A stretch of 64,000 nucleotides of DNA from positions 480,001 to 544,000 of the forward strand of contig CAWDML010000008.1 of NCBI GenBank assembly GCA_963803435.1, given 5' to 3'. The stretch's first letter is position 1. Every line of letters begins with the position of its first letter. Under the pieces are notes generated by a model. The model was not told the origin of the DNA, made no database searches, and was given only the letters and a program-made list of their open reading frames with translations. A program made the translations under genes and the position numbers. Below are positions 50,049 to 60,009 of the stretch, piece by piece. Origin of the DNA: an uncultured delta proteobacterium (lineage in GTDB: Bacteria; Myxococcota; Kuafuiibacteriia; Kuafuiibacteriales; Kuafuiibacteriaceae).

Positions 50049-50518
50049 ACGGCGCGGTTGATCGCCTCCGGGTCGAGCGGTCCGTCGCGGAGCTCCCGCC
50101 AGCTCTCGTACTCCCGGACCCACTGGCGGGATCTCAGCGGGTGCCGGAGCTTGGTCGCCTCGATCCAGTCGTTCAGCTGACCGGAGAGCGAGGCGTCGTC
50201 GGCGAGGAACACCTCGCGGGCGTCGTCGAGGATGTCGAGCATCTCGCGGTTCTTCTCCCAGCGGCCCGGCGAGCTGCGCTCGAGGAACACGAAGTCCGTG
50301 AGCGAGCCGAGCATCAAGGCCACGCCCGCGTCCTGCATCGGGTTGCCCGAGAGGCGCCGGATCCGGGCCGTCAGGCCGTCGGTCGGATCCGCCGTGACCA
50401 GCGACGACCTCAGGATTCCGCCGGGTGACAGGTGCATGAGCGCGAGCGCAAGCTCACTTGCGATTGCTGGGCTGAGCGCGTCGAACCAATCGCACCAGGC
50501 GGAAGTGGGTGAAGGCAT
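50021..50518 (-). CDS. Hypothetical protein (165 aa)
   Basis: ATG 7 nt after the EBP stop; 3' part of track ORF 50021..50890. Confidence 0.55.
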   Translation of the reverse strand: MPSPTSAWCDWFDALSPAIASELALALMHLSPGGILRSSLVTADPTDGLTARIRRLSGNPMQDAGVALMLGSLTDFVFLERSSPGRWEKNREMLDILDDAREVFLADDASLSGQLNDWIEATKLRHPLRSRQWVREYESWRELRDGPLDPEAINRAVYEMLSAGS

Positions 50519-50525
50519 CGGGTGG

Positions 50526-52361
50526 CTACTCTGACTGGCGCTTGCGGGGCCGGGGGATGTCGTAGAGATCGAGCCGGCGGAGCAAGGCCTTCCGCGACAT
50601 GCCCAGCATCTTGGCAGCGCGCGATTGATTGCCACCGCACTCCTCGAGCGCCCCCACGATGCGCGCGCGCTCCAGCGACTCGACCTCGTCCTTGAGAGAC
50701 GCGGATTGACCCGAGAGATCCAGCGTCGGCGAGTCGAGCACATGAGCGTTGAATCCGCTGATCGGACGAGACATCGGGCCGGTCGACTCGGACTCCTTGA
50801 GGTCCCCCGACTGGAACCGCTTCGGCGCGAAGATAAACGACGAGGAGAGCTTCTCCATCGGAAGGTGCTCGAGCTCGACCGTCCCTTCACCGGCCAGGAT
50901 CACCGCGCGCTCGACGATGTTTCGCAGCTCCCGCACGTTGCCCGGCCAGGCATACACGCCGAGCGCCGCCATCGCCTGCTCGGAGAAGCGGGGCGCACGC
51001 CGCCCTTCACGCGTGGCCGTCTTGACGGCGAACGATTCGACGAAGACCGGGATCTCTTCGCGGCGCTCCCGGAGCGGCGGGATCACGACGGAGATCCCGT
51101 TGAGACGATAGAAGAGATCCTCACGGAAGGTGCCCTTCTTGACCTGCTCCTCGAGGTCGCGGTTGGTGGCGGCGACCACGCGTACGTCGATCGGCGTGGT
51201 CTTCACGCTGCCGACGCGACGGACCTGACGCTCCTCGAGCACGCGGAGCAGCTTGACCTGCGTCGACAGCGACATCTCGCCCACCTCGTCGAGGAAGACC
51301 GTGCCGCCCTCGGCCGACTCGAGCAGGCCCGCCTTCTGCTTCACCGCCCCGGTGAACGCTCCCCGTTCGTGACCGAACATCTCCGACTCGAGGAGCTCCT
51401 CAGAGAAGGCTCCGCAGTTGAGGGGGACGAACGGCTTGGCGACGCGCTTGCTCTTCTCGTGAAGCCTCTTGGCCAGCACCTCCTTTCCGACGCCCGTCTC
51501 TCCGAGCACGAGCACGCTGATGTCGCTCTGCGCGATCCGCTCGATGAGCTCGTAGAGGCGGCGCATCGATCGGCTGATCACGATCGGCTCGCCTTCACGC
51601 GGGTGCGCGTTCTGGTCGAAGCCCCGGGCGGCGTCGCCGGCGAAGGCCGAGAGCGCGGCGGCGTCCTTCGCGTCCCTGGGGAAGAGCGCCACGCCGACCG
51701 ACGCATCGCTCCCCAGCCGGCCGAGGCCGAAGCGGAGCGCGGTGGCGGCTTGATCGACCGTCTCTGGGTCGGCGTCGGTGAGCAGCAGCTCGTATTCTCC
51801 GGGGGCGTAGCGGGCGATCAGATCCTGGGCGCCCAGCAGCGTGGTGATCGCCGACTCGACGGCTCCACTCGCGATCATGCCGGTCCGCACCCGAAGCACG
51901 CCGAACTCGCCACCCCCGGCCCGCGCGCGGGCGCACTCCTCCTCGAGGCGGAGCTCGTACTGCCCGTGGCTCAGGACGCGCCGCGGCTGATCGAATGTTG
52001 GACCCGTCTGGATCACCAGTGTGGTGTGCCCGACGTCGATGAGGTCGCCGAGCTCGAAGGGTTGGGAATCGTTCGCCTCGAGGCGGCTCCCCCTGAGGCG
52101 GGTCCCGTTGGAGCTGCCCAGGTCGGAGACCCGGAGCAGCGGTCCGGCGACCTCGATCGAGAGGTGGAACCTGGACAGGGCCGGATCGTCGATGCGGACG
52201 TCGGCCTCCAGGGAGCGCCCCACCGTGTAGCGGCCGTCGGCCACCGGATGGCTCACGACACCTTTGGGTCCGAAGACCAGGAGGCGACGATCGCCGCTTC
52301 GGACCAGGGAGGTCTCCGGCATCGTCACGTCCTCCGTGAAGAGGCCGCGTCGTTCCACCAT
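50526..52361 (-). CDS. Sigma54-dependent activator (FHA + degenerate GGDEF-like + AAA+ + Fis HTH)
   Basis: FHA GR...[12 protein letters not shown]; [21 protein letters not shown] and WPGNVREL; GNQSRAA.MLG. Confidence 0.92.
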   Translation of the reverse strand: MVERRGLFTEDVTMPETSLVRSGDRRLLVFGPKGVVSHPVADGRYTVGRSLEADVRIDDPALSRFHLSIEVAGPLLRVSDLGSSNGTRLRGSRLEANDSQPFELGDLIDVGHTTLVIQTGPTFDQPRRVLSHGQYELRLEEECARARAGGGEFGVLRVRTGMIASGAVESAITTLLGAQDLIARYAPGEYELLLTDADPETVDQAATALRFGLGRLGSDASVGVALFPRDAKDAAALSAFAGDAARGFDQNAHPREGEPIVISRSMRRLYELIERIAQSDISVLVLGETGVGKEVLAKRLHEKSKRVAKPFVPLNCGAFSEELLESEMFGHERGAFTGAVKQKAGLLESAEGGTVFLDEVGEMSLSTQVKLLRVLEERQVRRVGSVKTTPIDVRVVAATNRDLEEQVKKGTFREDLFYRLNGISVVIPPLRERREEIPVFVESFAVKTATREGRRAPRFSEQAMAALGVYAWPGNVRELRNIVERAVILAGEGTVELEHLPMEKLSSSFIFAPKRFQSGDLKESESTGPMSRPISGFNAHVLDSPTLDLSGQSASLKDEVESLERARIVGALEECGGNQSRAAKMLGMSRKALLRRLDLYDIPRPRKRQSE

Positions 52362-52554
52362 TGGGCCAAGGATACAAACTGACTCCAGTACGGACAACTT
52401 GTACCTCGACCTGCCCGCGTTCGCCGGCGCCGAGCGTATTCGATGAGAGCTCGAGTGCGTGTCACGGAGGCGACGGCGCACAGACGGCCAGGCTCGGATC
52501 CTCTCCCCGCCAAGGGCTTCCTGATATGCTCCGTTCGGGAAGTAACGGCTAGGA

Positions 52555-54525
52555 ATGGCGAACGTTTCCGCGGTCCCCCCGCTCGCTGCGATCCCCCCGC
52601 AGATCGGGCGCTACAAGATCGTCTGCGAGCTCGGCCAGGGCGGCATGGGCACGATCTATCTCGGCCGTGCCGAGGGGATCGGAGGCTTCGAGCGGCTGAT
52701 GGCGATCAAGATGATCCATCCGCACCTCTCGAAGCAGCAGTCCTTCATCAACATGTTCCTGGACGAGGCGCGGATCGCCGCGCTCATCCGCCACCCGAAC
52801 GTCGTGCCCGTCTACGAGATCGGTGAGCACGCCGGGCGCCACTTCATCGCGATGGACTACGTGAGCGGCGAACCGCTCTCGATGCTGCTCGACAACACGT
52901 GGTGCAAGGGCATCCCGCTCGACGTCGACATCGTCGCGTACATCATCTCGGTCGTGTCGGAGGCGTTGCACGCCGCGCACGATCTGAAGGATCCGACCGG
53001 CCGACCGCTCAAGGTCGTGCACCGTGACGTCTGCCCTCAAAACATCATGTTGGGCTACGACGGGCTCACCCGCGTCATGGACTTCGGCGTGGCCAAAGCG
53101 GTCGATCAGCTCTCCCAGACCCGGCCCGGGACGCACAAGGGAAAGGTGCCCTACATGGCGCCCGAGCAGATCCGGTGCCTGCCGATCGACCGGCGATCCG
53201 ACATCTTCTCGCTGGGCGTGGTCCTCTGGGAGTCGACCATCGGCAAGCGGCTCTTCAAGGCCGAGAACGACATCCTCAGCGCCAGCAAGGTGTTGAAGGG
53301 GAGGGTGCCACGTCCCACTCGGGCGCGCGAGGGCTATCCGAAAGAGCTCGAGGAGATCGTGCTCACCGCGCTCGATCCGGATCCCGACAAGCGGTTCCAG
53401 ACGGCGCGGGAGATGGGTCAGGTGCTGCGCGAGTATCTAACCCGGCGCGCGTCGGTCGTCTCGCCGTCGGACCTCGAGTCGCTCCTCAAGCGGATCTGCA
53501 AGAAGCGCTACGAGCGGCGCATGGAGATGGAGCTCCGAGCGACCGAGCCTCTCGAGTCCGGGCCGATCGAAGAGGAGACGATGCAGCTCTTCGCGGGCGA
53601 GTCCAACCTCCCCAGCTTCGAGCTCGACGCCGCTGCCGAGCCCAACGGCGATCCCTTGCACGCGCTGCTCATGGCGGTGCCCACGCGCAGTCTCGCTTCC
53701 CAGGCCGCCGACGAAGAGATCGACGATCGAACCGTGCGCACGCAGCTCGAGGACATCGGCTTCATCGCCACGGCGGAGTTCGATCTGCTTGAAGAGGATC
53801 GGGACGCGCCACCGACCGTCGTCGAAGACCACACCAGCGCGATCCGGGCCCTCGTCGCGCGCAGCAACGACGCGCTGGCGCGGCTGGCCGCGGAGGAGGA
53901 GCCGCCGGGCGATACGCAGCCTCCGGTGCTCGAGCTGTCCGAGGCGCTGAGCCGCGAGGGCGAGGTGACGCCGCTCTTGAAGCTCGACCTCGTCGGTGGA
54001 CGGCGAGGCCTCGCGCTGATCGTGGCGTCGCTGGCCGCCGTGGCGCTGGTGGCGGTTGGCCTGGGGTCCGCGCTCGAGGGGACGCGGAGCCCGCCGCCGT
54101 CGGCTCCGCGGCAGGCGCTCGTCGAGGCCGCGAGCACGGAGGGCGTCCCGCACGATCAGGACGGCGAGGCCCGTCGCGCCGAGTCGCCGCGGCCGCGTCC
54201 ACTGTCGGTCGCGCCTCCCCCCGCCGTGATGCCCGCGAGCACGCTGGCGCCCCCGCCGCCGTCGCCCGCCGTCGCCCCGCCCCACCCGACGCCCATCCGG
54301 AAGGCCGTCGAGAAGGCACCCGCGCCCGCCGCCGCGCCGGAGCTCGACGACGAGCCGGAGGCCGACGCGGAGCTGGAGGCCTCCGATGCACCTGCCGAGC
54401 GCCCGGAGGCTCGCCGCAGCAAGCCCAAGAAGCACCGCGAGCATCACGATGCCAAGGTGAAGACGGACAAGAAGAAGACATCGTCGAAGCCGGAGAGGCT
54501 GCTGGTCGGCGCGGGTGATCTGTGA
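52555..54525 (+). CDS. Hanks-type Ser/Thr protein kinase with TM helix
   Basis: GQGGMG, AIK, HRDVCPQN, DFG, YMAPE and DIFSLG. Confidence 0.92.
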   Translation: MANVSAVPPLAAIPPQIGRYKIVCELGQGGMGTIYLGRAEGIGGFERLMAIKMIHPHLSKQQSFINMFLDEARIAALIRHPNVVPVYEIGEHAGRHFIAMDYVSGEPLSMLLDNTWCKGIPLDVDIVAYIISVVSEALHAAHDLKDPTGRPLKVVHRDVCPQNIMLGYDGLTRVMDFGVAKAVDQLSQTRPGTHKGKVPYMAPEQIRCLPIDRRSDIFSLGVVLWESTIGKRLFKAENDILSASKVLKGRVPRPTRAREGYPKELEEIVLTALDPDPDKRFQTAREMGQVLREYLTRRASVVSPSDLESLLKRICKKRYERRMEMELRATEPLESGPIEEETMQLFAGESNLPSFELDAAAEPNGDPLHALLMAVPTRSLASQAADEEIDDRTVRTQLEDIGFIATAEFDLLEEDRDAPPTVVEDHTSAIRALVARSNDALARLAAEEEPPGDTQPPVLELSEALSREGEVTPLLKLDLVGGRRGLALIVASLAAVALVAVGLGSALEGTRSPPPSAPRQALVEAASTEGVPHDQDGEARRAESPRPRPLSVAPPPAVMPASTLAPPPPSPAVAPPHPTPIRKAVEKAPAPAAAPELDDEPEADAELEASDAPAERPEARRSKPKKHREHHDAKVKTDKKKTSSKPERLLVGAGDL

Positions 54526-55265
54526 GCGCGTGGGCGCTCGTTCTCTTGATCTTGGGTGGTGCTCCGCCGGACGGCGGCGAGGACACGACGGATCCGAAGG
54601 TCGAGGCCGGTCGCTATCTCGAGACGGGCAACGCTGCGCTCGAGTCGGGTGACACGGCCGCAGCGCTCGACGCCTATCGGGCGGCGTACGACGCGTTTCC
54701 CAGCCCGAAGATCTTCTACAACATGGCCGAGGCTCACCGCGAGCAGGGCGATCTGGTCGAGGCCGCGAACCTCTACGAGCGCGTGATCGTCGAGCTGCCC
54801 GAGGACAGCCCCCTCGTCGCTGCCTCGCAAGACAGGTTGACCGAGCTCGACGCACGCGTCGGTCATCTCTCGGTGACGACCGAACCGATCGGCGCGCGCG
54901 TCGAGATGAACGGCCGTGAGCTCGGCGTCTCACCGGTCGCCGAGCTCCGCGTGCCTCCGGGAACGATCGAGCTTCGCGCCAGCCTCGATGGACGGAGCCA
55001 GCTCGAGAGCGTCGTGGTCCCCGCCGGAGAAGCTCGGAGCGTCTCGATCGATCTGGTCGTCGTCTCCGCCCAGCCTCCACCGCCGCCGTCGGTGGCGGTG
55101 GTCGAGGAGACCACGCTCGTCCAGAAGTGGTGGTTCTGGACCGCGATCGGGTTCGGCGTGGTGGCGGCGGGAACCGCCGTCGCGCTGGTCGCCACCTCGG
55201 GCGACAACTTCCGGCCCCAGGGCGAGCTCCCGACCACCTCGCTGAACGACTGGCCCCGCCGCTGA
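54522..55265 (+). CDS. TPR + PEGA domain protein with C-terminal anchor
   Basis: Signal; TPR (AY..FPSPKIFYNMA); PEGA TEPIGARVEMNG..LG.SP; KWWFWT TM segment. Confidence 0.8.
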   Translation: MSAWALVLLILGGAPPDGGEDTTDPKVEAGRYLETGNAALESGDTAAALDAYRAAYDAFPSPKIFYNMAEAHREQGDLVEAANLYERVIVELPEDSPLVAASQDRLTELDARVGHLSVTTEPIGARVEMNGRELGVSPVAELRVPPGTIELRASLDGRSQLESVVVPAGEARSVSIDLVVVSAQPPPPPSVAVVEETTLVQKWWFWTAIGFGVVAAGTAVALVATSGDNFRPQGELPTTSLNDWPRR

Positions 55266-55422
55266 ACGGCCCCTGGGACTTCACAGGCACTCCCGGTGTG
55301 CCCGCAGGGGACAACCTGCATCCCTCCGCCCGCGGCCGTCATCAACCTGGAGGCGCCTTCATCCGGCGCGGATCGTGATGAGGGTCCCGTCGGGCGAAGG
55401 AGCAGCCGCCCGAAGGAGCCTC

Positions 55423-55950
55423 ATGTTGAGCGATCGAAAGCCGGCGCTGGGCACCAACGTCTTTGTCTACGACGAGGAGGGGAGAAAGCACCGGTTCTCG
55501 CCCGCCGACGTCGGCGCGGCCCGGCAGGAGCGCCTTGGCAGCCACATCCAGGGCCTCGGACTGCCACAGCCGACGCAGTTCATCGTAGTGCCGAAGGAGC
55601 TGCTCACGGCCGACGAGGTGGTCGAAGACATGATCAGCGAGCGTCGCACCGTCGACTGGAAGCTGCGCGTCGTCTACCGGAAGCTGTTGGTCGCGCTGGG
55701 GCGGGCGGTCGGCGCGCTGGACCGGGTGGCCTCCCAGGTGCGGTTCGAGCTCGCCACGCTCTGGGCGCGCCTCCTCGTGACGGTGAACCCGGTGGAGGTG
55801 GACGACTCTTGGGGCTCGGAGGTCACCGAGATCGTCGAGCGGCCCCCGAAGCTCCCGAAGCTCCGGCGGCCCTCGGCGATTCTGATCGAAGCCGTCGCGG
55901 TCATCCGATCCCGAGCGCCCGTTCGAGCTCGGCTCGGAACCGGCGGCTGA
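55423..55950 (+). CDS. Hypothetical protein
   Basis: AAGGAG RBS before ATG 55423; high GC3. Confidence 0.55.
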   Translation: MLSDRKPALGTNVFVYDEEGRKHRFSPADVGAARQERLGSHIQGLGLPQPTQFIVVPKELLTADEVVEDMISERRTVDWKLRVVYRKLLVALGRAVGALDRVASQVRFELATLWARLLVTVNPVEVDDSWGSEVTEIVERPPKLPKLRRPSAILIEAVAVIRSRAPVRARLGTGG

Positions 55951-56608
55951 CCCGCGCCGTCTGACCGTCGCTGAGCTCGAGCACCCGGCCACCGTCGCGG
56001 AGCGCGCGCACGCAATTCAAGTTGACCAACTCGCTGCGGTGGACGCGCAGGAAGTCGAACCCGGCGAGGCGCTTCTCCAGCGAGGTGAGGCTCTCATCGA
56101 GGAGGTGCTCGCGGCCCTCGGCGGCGAAGATCGAGTACTTTCCGTCGGCCCAGACCCGCGTGAGCGCGCGGGCGTCGAACACTCGGATGACGCCATTCGC
56201 CGCGACGGTGAGGCGCCAGCCGGCGCTCTTGGGACGGGGCTCGTCCCGGGGGCGGCGGGCGCGCGCGCGCTCGACGGCGCGCTGCAGCTGATCCATTCGG
56301 ACGGGCTTGAGGAGATAGTCGACCGCGTTGGCCTCGAACGCGCCGACCGCGTATTCGTCATGTGCGGTGGTGAACACGATCAGCGGCGCATGCTCCTTGC
56401 GCTCCACGCTCTGCGCCAGCGAGAGCCCGTCGAGCCCGGGCATCCGGACGTCGAGGAAGACCAGGTCCGGCTCGACCTCTTGAATGCGCTCGAGGGCCTC
56501 GACGCCGTCCGAGGCCTCGCCGGCCACCTCCACGCCTTCGAGGCCGGCCAGCATCCGGATCAACCGCTCGCGTGCCAGCGGCTCGTCGTCGACGACCAGC
56601 GCGCGCAT
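55901..56608 (-). CDS. LytTR-family response regulator (AlgR-like)
   Basis: VDDEPLAR, FLDVRMP, TTAHDEYA..AF...AVDYLLKP, F.RVHRS and VSRR. Confidence 0.92.
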   Translation of the reverse strand: MRALVVDDEPLARERLIRMLAGLEGVEVAGEASDGVEALERIQEVEPDLVFLDVRMPGLDGLSLAQSVERKEHAPLIVFTTAHDEYAVGAFEANAVDYLLKPVRMDQLQRAVERARARRPRDEPRPKSAGWRLTVAANGVIRVFDARALTRVWADGKYSIFAAEGREHLLDESLTSLEKRLAGFDFLRVHRSELVNLNCVRALRDGGRVLELSDGQTARVSRRFRAELERALGIG

Positions 56609-57720
56609 CACTTGGCGAGGGGCAGGGTGAGCGTCGCCCGGCAGCCGCCTCCCGGGCCGCTGTCGAGCCGCAGCAGGTCGTCCTTGCCGTAGATCAGCCG
56701 GAGCCGTTCCTGGAGATCCGCGAGGCCGGTGCCCGTACCGGCGTGCTGCGAGCCTCCGCAGCCGGGGCCGTCGTCCGTGACGCTCAGCCACAGCTCGTCG
56801 CCGATCATCTCCGCCTCCACCTCGATCGTGCCGCTCTGGCGCTTGCCTCCGATGCCGTGGAGCACGGCGTTCTCCACCAGCGGCTCCAGCGCCATGGGCG
56901 GGATGCGGAACCGCTGCACGCGCGGATCGACCTTGATGCGATAGGCGAGGTGCTCGCCGAAGCGCACCGACTCGATCTCGAGATACTCGCGCACCACGTC
57001 GATCTCCTCCTCGAGCCGGACCATGGGACGGCGGGTCCGCACCAGCGAGTAGCGGAGCACCTCCGCGAGCCTCTCGATGGTCTCCTCGGCGCGCGCCGGA
57101 TCCTTCGGGATCAGGGCCGCGACCGCGTTCAAGCTGTTGAATAGAAAGTGTGGGTTGGTGCGCGACTGGAGCGCGCGAAGCTGCGCGGTCAAGGCCGCCT
57201 GTCGCTCGCTGGCCGCCAATCTCTCGATCTCCTCGGCGCGCTTGCGCAGGCGCTGATACGAGAGCGCCGCGAGGATGATCATCGTCGAGATCACGTAGCT
57301 GATGATCAGGCCGACGCGGATGTCCATGGGGTTCTTGCACACGACCATCAGGATCGGCTTGACCGCCATCGTCGCGGCAGGAACCAGCAGCGAGACCGTC
57401 GCGACGTGCAACGCCATCCGGAGCCACCGGTTCGCAGGGAGCACCGCGAACGCCCGCGGGAGCACGCGGGCGTAGGCGTAGTGGAGGACGCTCGCGACCG
57501 CCGCCGTGTGGATGTACGTGGAGAGCAGCGCGCGGAGGAGCGTCTCGAGATCGCCGAGGAGCAACCGCGCGTCGATGGTGGCGACCATCGCCGGAGGGCC
57601 CAGGATGTAGAACCACCACAGCCCCTCGGGGATCAGCGGCTCGATCGCGCGCTCGTCCCGCTCCTGGGCTCTCGGCTCGAGGAGCAGAGGGGCGACGATC
57701 CGGGAGGCCGAGCTCTGCAT
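56608..57720 (-). CDS. LytS/AlgZ-family membrane histidine kinase
   Basis: TM helices; NPHFLFNSLN, EPLVENAVLHG, DDGPG and GTGL. Confidence 0.9.
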   Translation of the reverse strand: MQSSASRIVAPLLLEPRAQERDERAIEPLIPEGLWWFYILGPPAMVATIDARLLLGDLETLLRALLSTYIHTAAVASVLHYAYARVLPRAFAVLPANRWLRMALHVATVSLLVPAATMAVKPILMVVCKNPMDIRVGLIISYVISTMIILAALSYQRLRKRAEEIERLAASERQAALTAQLRALQSRTNPHFLFNSLNAVAALIPKDPARAEETIERLAEVLRYSLVRTRRPMVRLEEEIDVVREYLEIESVRFGEHLAYRIKVDPRVQRFRIPPMALEPLVENAVLHGIGGKRQSGTIEVEAEMIGDELWLSVTDDGPGCGGSQHAGTGTGLADLQERLRLIYGKDDLLRLDSGPGGGCRATLTLPLAK

Positions 57721-57757
57721 TCCGCGATGCTTGCTTTGCGGGGCTGACTTGTAAAGC

Positions 57758-57848
57758 TGCGTTCTCACTATGGAAATGTGCGTTCCCGCACGCCCTCCGC
57801 TCGTTCCTCACACCGCACCGCTCGTGTCCCGCCGGCCGCCTTTCGTCG
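57758..57848 (+). promoter_or_regulatory. Array of LytTR-type direct repeats with a 21-bp period
   Basis: CGT(T/G/C) cores at 57760, 57781, 57802, 57823 and 57844. The last three read TCCGCTCGTT, ACCGCTCGTG and GCCTTTCGTC, resembling the AlgR site ACCGTTCGTC. Confidence 0.65.
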
Positions 57849-57893
57849 GCGTCCGCTGGCGCGCGCACGGCCGCCATCTGCATCTCCTTCGCC

Positions 57894-59240
57894 ATGACGC
57901 TCGAAGTCTTTACGCGGCTCGCGCTCTCGCTGATCGCGATCGGCGCTGTCGCATGCGGTGAGAGCTCGGACGCGCCGCCCACCGGACAGCCACCCCCGCC
58001 CGAGAAGCCGGAGGTCTCCTATTGGCAGGACATCGCCCCCATCGTCTTCGATCGCTGCGTGCAGTGCCATCAGGAGGGTGGCATCGGTCCCTTCCGTCTC
58101 GATCGTTACGAGGACGCGAAGCTGTACGCCCCCTCGGCGGCCGCCGCGGTGAAGGCGCGGACGATGCCTCCCTACCTGGTGCGCGCGGACGGTAGCTGCG
58201 GTTCATTTCACGAGCCGCTGGTCCTGACGGACGGAGAGATCGCGACGATCGATCGCTGGGCCGAGCTCGGCGCCCCCGAAGGTGATCCCGTGGAGCTCGC
58301 CGTTCCTCCGCTGCCGGCGCTCGACCAGGGCGAGACGTTCACGACGCCGCTGTTCCAGCCCGAGATCCAGGGGGGCGCCATCGCGCAGTTCGACGAATAT
58401 CGCTGCTTTCTGGTCGACCCGGGGCTCGACCACGATCGCTTCGTCACCGGCTTCCACGTCACCCCCGGCAACGACGCGATGATCCATCACCTCATCGTCT
58501 TCAACGTCGATCCCGACGCGCCCGGACAGGGCGGCACGAACGGCGAGGTGATGGCAGCCCTCGACGCCGAGTCACCGGATCGCGAGGGCTGGCCCTGCTT
58601 CGGCTTCGCGGGCGACGGCGTGAACGTGGAGAGCGAGCCCGTGACCTGGGCCCCCGGCCAGGGCGTGGTCGACTACCCGGAGGGGATCGGCCTGCGCGTT
58701 CGCGCCGGCACCAAGCTGGTGATCCAGGTGCACTATAACCTCTTCGATCCCTCGCTCCGCGGTCAGACCGACCAGACCACGGTGAGAATTCGGTTCGTCG
58801 ATCAGGTCGAGCGCGAAGGTTTCTTCGTCCTCCCGGACGGCTTCCTCACCACGCTGTTCTTCGGTCATCCGGCGACGCTCGAGCCGGGCCAGCCCAGCGT
58901 CTCTTACAGCTGGACCGCGCGGCTCCGCGACTTCGGGGCGGATGGACCGTTCGAGCTCTACGGCGTGGCGCCGCACATGCACCAGCGCGGGAGAAAATAC
59001 GAGCTCCGCGTGGGACCCGAGGGCGCCGACGCGTGTGCGGCCCACGTCGATCGCTGGGACTTCCACTGGCAGCGGCTCTACTTCTATGACGAACCGATCC
59101 CGCTCGACGGAAACACGCCCTTCACGGTGACGTGCGACTACGACACCAGCGACCGCACCGAGCCGGTTCTACCGGGGTGGGGAACGCAGAACGAGATGTG
59201 CCTGGCGGTGCTGTTCGTGGTGTCAGCCCGGACGCCGTGA
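57894..59240 (+). CDS. Lipoprotein copper type II monooxygenase (PHM/DBH-like) with N-terminal CxxCH
   Basis: Lipobox AVAC; CVQCH; IHHLIV, QVHYN, PHMH and EMC. Confidence 0.78.
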   Translation: MTLEVFTRLALSLIAIGAVACGESSDAPPTGQPPPPEKPEVSYWQDIAPIVFDRCVQCHQEGGIGPFRLDRYEDAKLYAPSAAAAVKARTMPPYLVRADGSCGSFHEPLVLTDGEIATIDRWAELGAPEGDPVELAVPPLPALDQGETFTTPLFQPEIQGGAIAQFDEYRCFLVDPGLDHDRFVTGFHVTPGNDAMIHHLIVFNVDPDAPGQGGTNGEVMAALDAESPDREGWPCFGFAGDGVNVESEPVTWAPGQGVVDYPEGIGLRVRAGTKLVIQVHYNLFDPSLRGQTDQTTVRIRFVDQVEREGFFVLPDGFLTTLFFGHPATLEPGQPSVSYSWTARLRDFGADGPFELYGVAPHMHQRGRKYELRVGPEGADACAAHVDRWDFHWQRLYFYDEPIPLDGNTPFTVTCDYDTSDRTEPVLPGWGTQNEMCLAVLFVVSARTP

Positions 59241-59975
59241 GGTCTCGGCCAGCCCGCGCTCGATCTCCTGCGCGATCGCGTGCACCGCGGCGAGCGGGCT
59301 GCCGATCGCGGACGGAGGGTTCGTGATGGGCCGACCGATGATCAGGTAGTCCGCCCCGTCGCGGATCGCCTCGAAGGGTGTGGCCGTCGTCTTCTGATCG
59401 TTGGTGCGCGCCCACTCGGGTCGGATCCCGGGGACCATCTTGAGCAATCGACGCCCCTTCGGGGTGCGCAGCGGGTGGTCGCGCAGGTAGTCGAGCTCCA
59501 GCGGAGAGCAGACGATCCCCGCGAACTCACACTCCGCGGCCCACGCCGCGAACCGGCGGACCACGGTGCGGCGGTCGCCCCCGTAGGTCTCGCGGCAGTC
59601 GTCGTCCGAGAGCGAGGTGAGTACCGTGATCGCGACCGGCTTCGCGCCTTCGCACGCCGCCGCGGCCCGGCGCATCGCCTCTTTTCCCGCCGACGCGTGC
59701 ACCGAGAAGAACTCGATCCCCGCCACCAGGGCGGAGTTGCGGGAGGCCGCCTCCACGCTGGTGGGCGTGTCGTGGAACTTGGCGTCGTAGAAGAACTTGG
59801 CGTTGCTGTGCTTCTTCAGGATCTGGCTGAAGACTGCGGGCCCGGCGTTCGTCAGCATCTGGAGGCCGATCTTGAATAGACCCACCGAGTCGCCGATCTC
59901 CAACATGTAGAGCAAGGCCTGCTCGATACGATCGAGGTCGAGCGCCAACACGATCCGATCCGACGGCTTCTCCAT
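59223..59975 (-). CDS. pyrF: Orotidine-5'-phosphate decarboxylase
   Basis: ALD, FKIG, DAKFHDTP, TVLTS, PGIR, DQ and GRPI. Confidence 0.92.
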   Translation of the reverse strand: MEKPSDRIVLALDLDRIEQALLYMLEIGDSVGLFKIGLQMLTNAGPAVFSQILKKHSNAKFFYDAKFHDTPTSVEAASRNSALVAGIEFFSVHASAGKEAMRRAAAACEGAKPVAITVLTSLSDDDCRETYGGDRRTVVRRFAAWAAECEFAGIVCSPLELDYLRDHPLRTPKGRRLLKMVPGIRPEWARTNDQKTTATPFEAIRDGADYLIIGRPITNPPSAIGSPLAAVHAIAQEIERGLAETSRRPG

Positions 59976-60009
59976 GCGGGCGAGGACGTCGCTCGGTGCG
60001 GTGCGCGAG

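Noticed and set aside
57758-57848. Periodic repeats as a mini-CRISPR
   Set aside because: Cores are only ~5-10 bp with a 21-bp period and there are no cas genes; better explained as LytTR sites.
55901-57982. 693-aa extended response regulator ORF
   Set aside because: The extension is an off-frame read of the kinase gene; the real start is 56608 (TGATG overlap).
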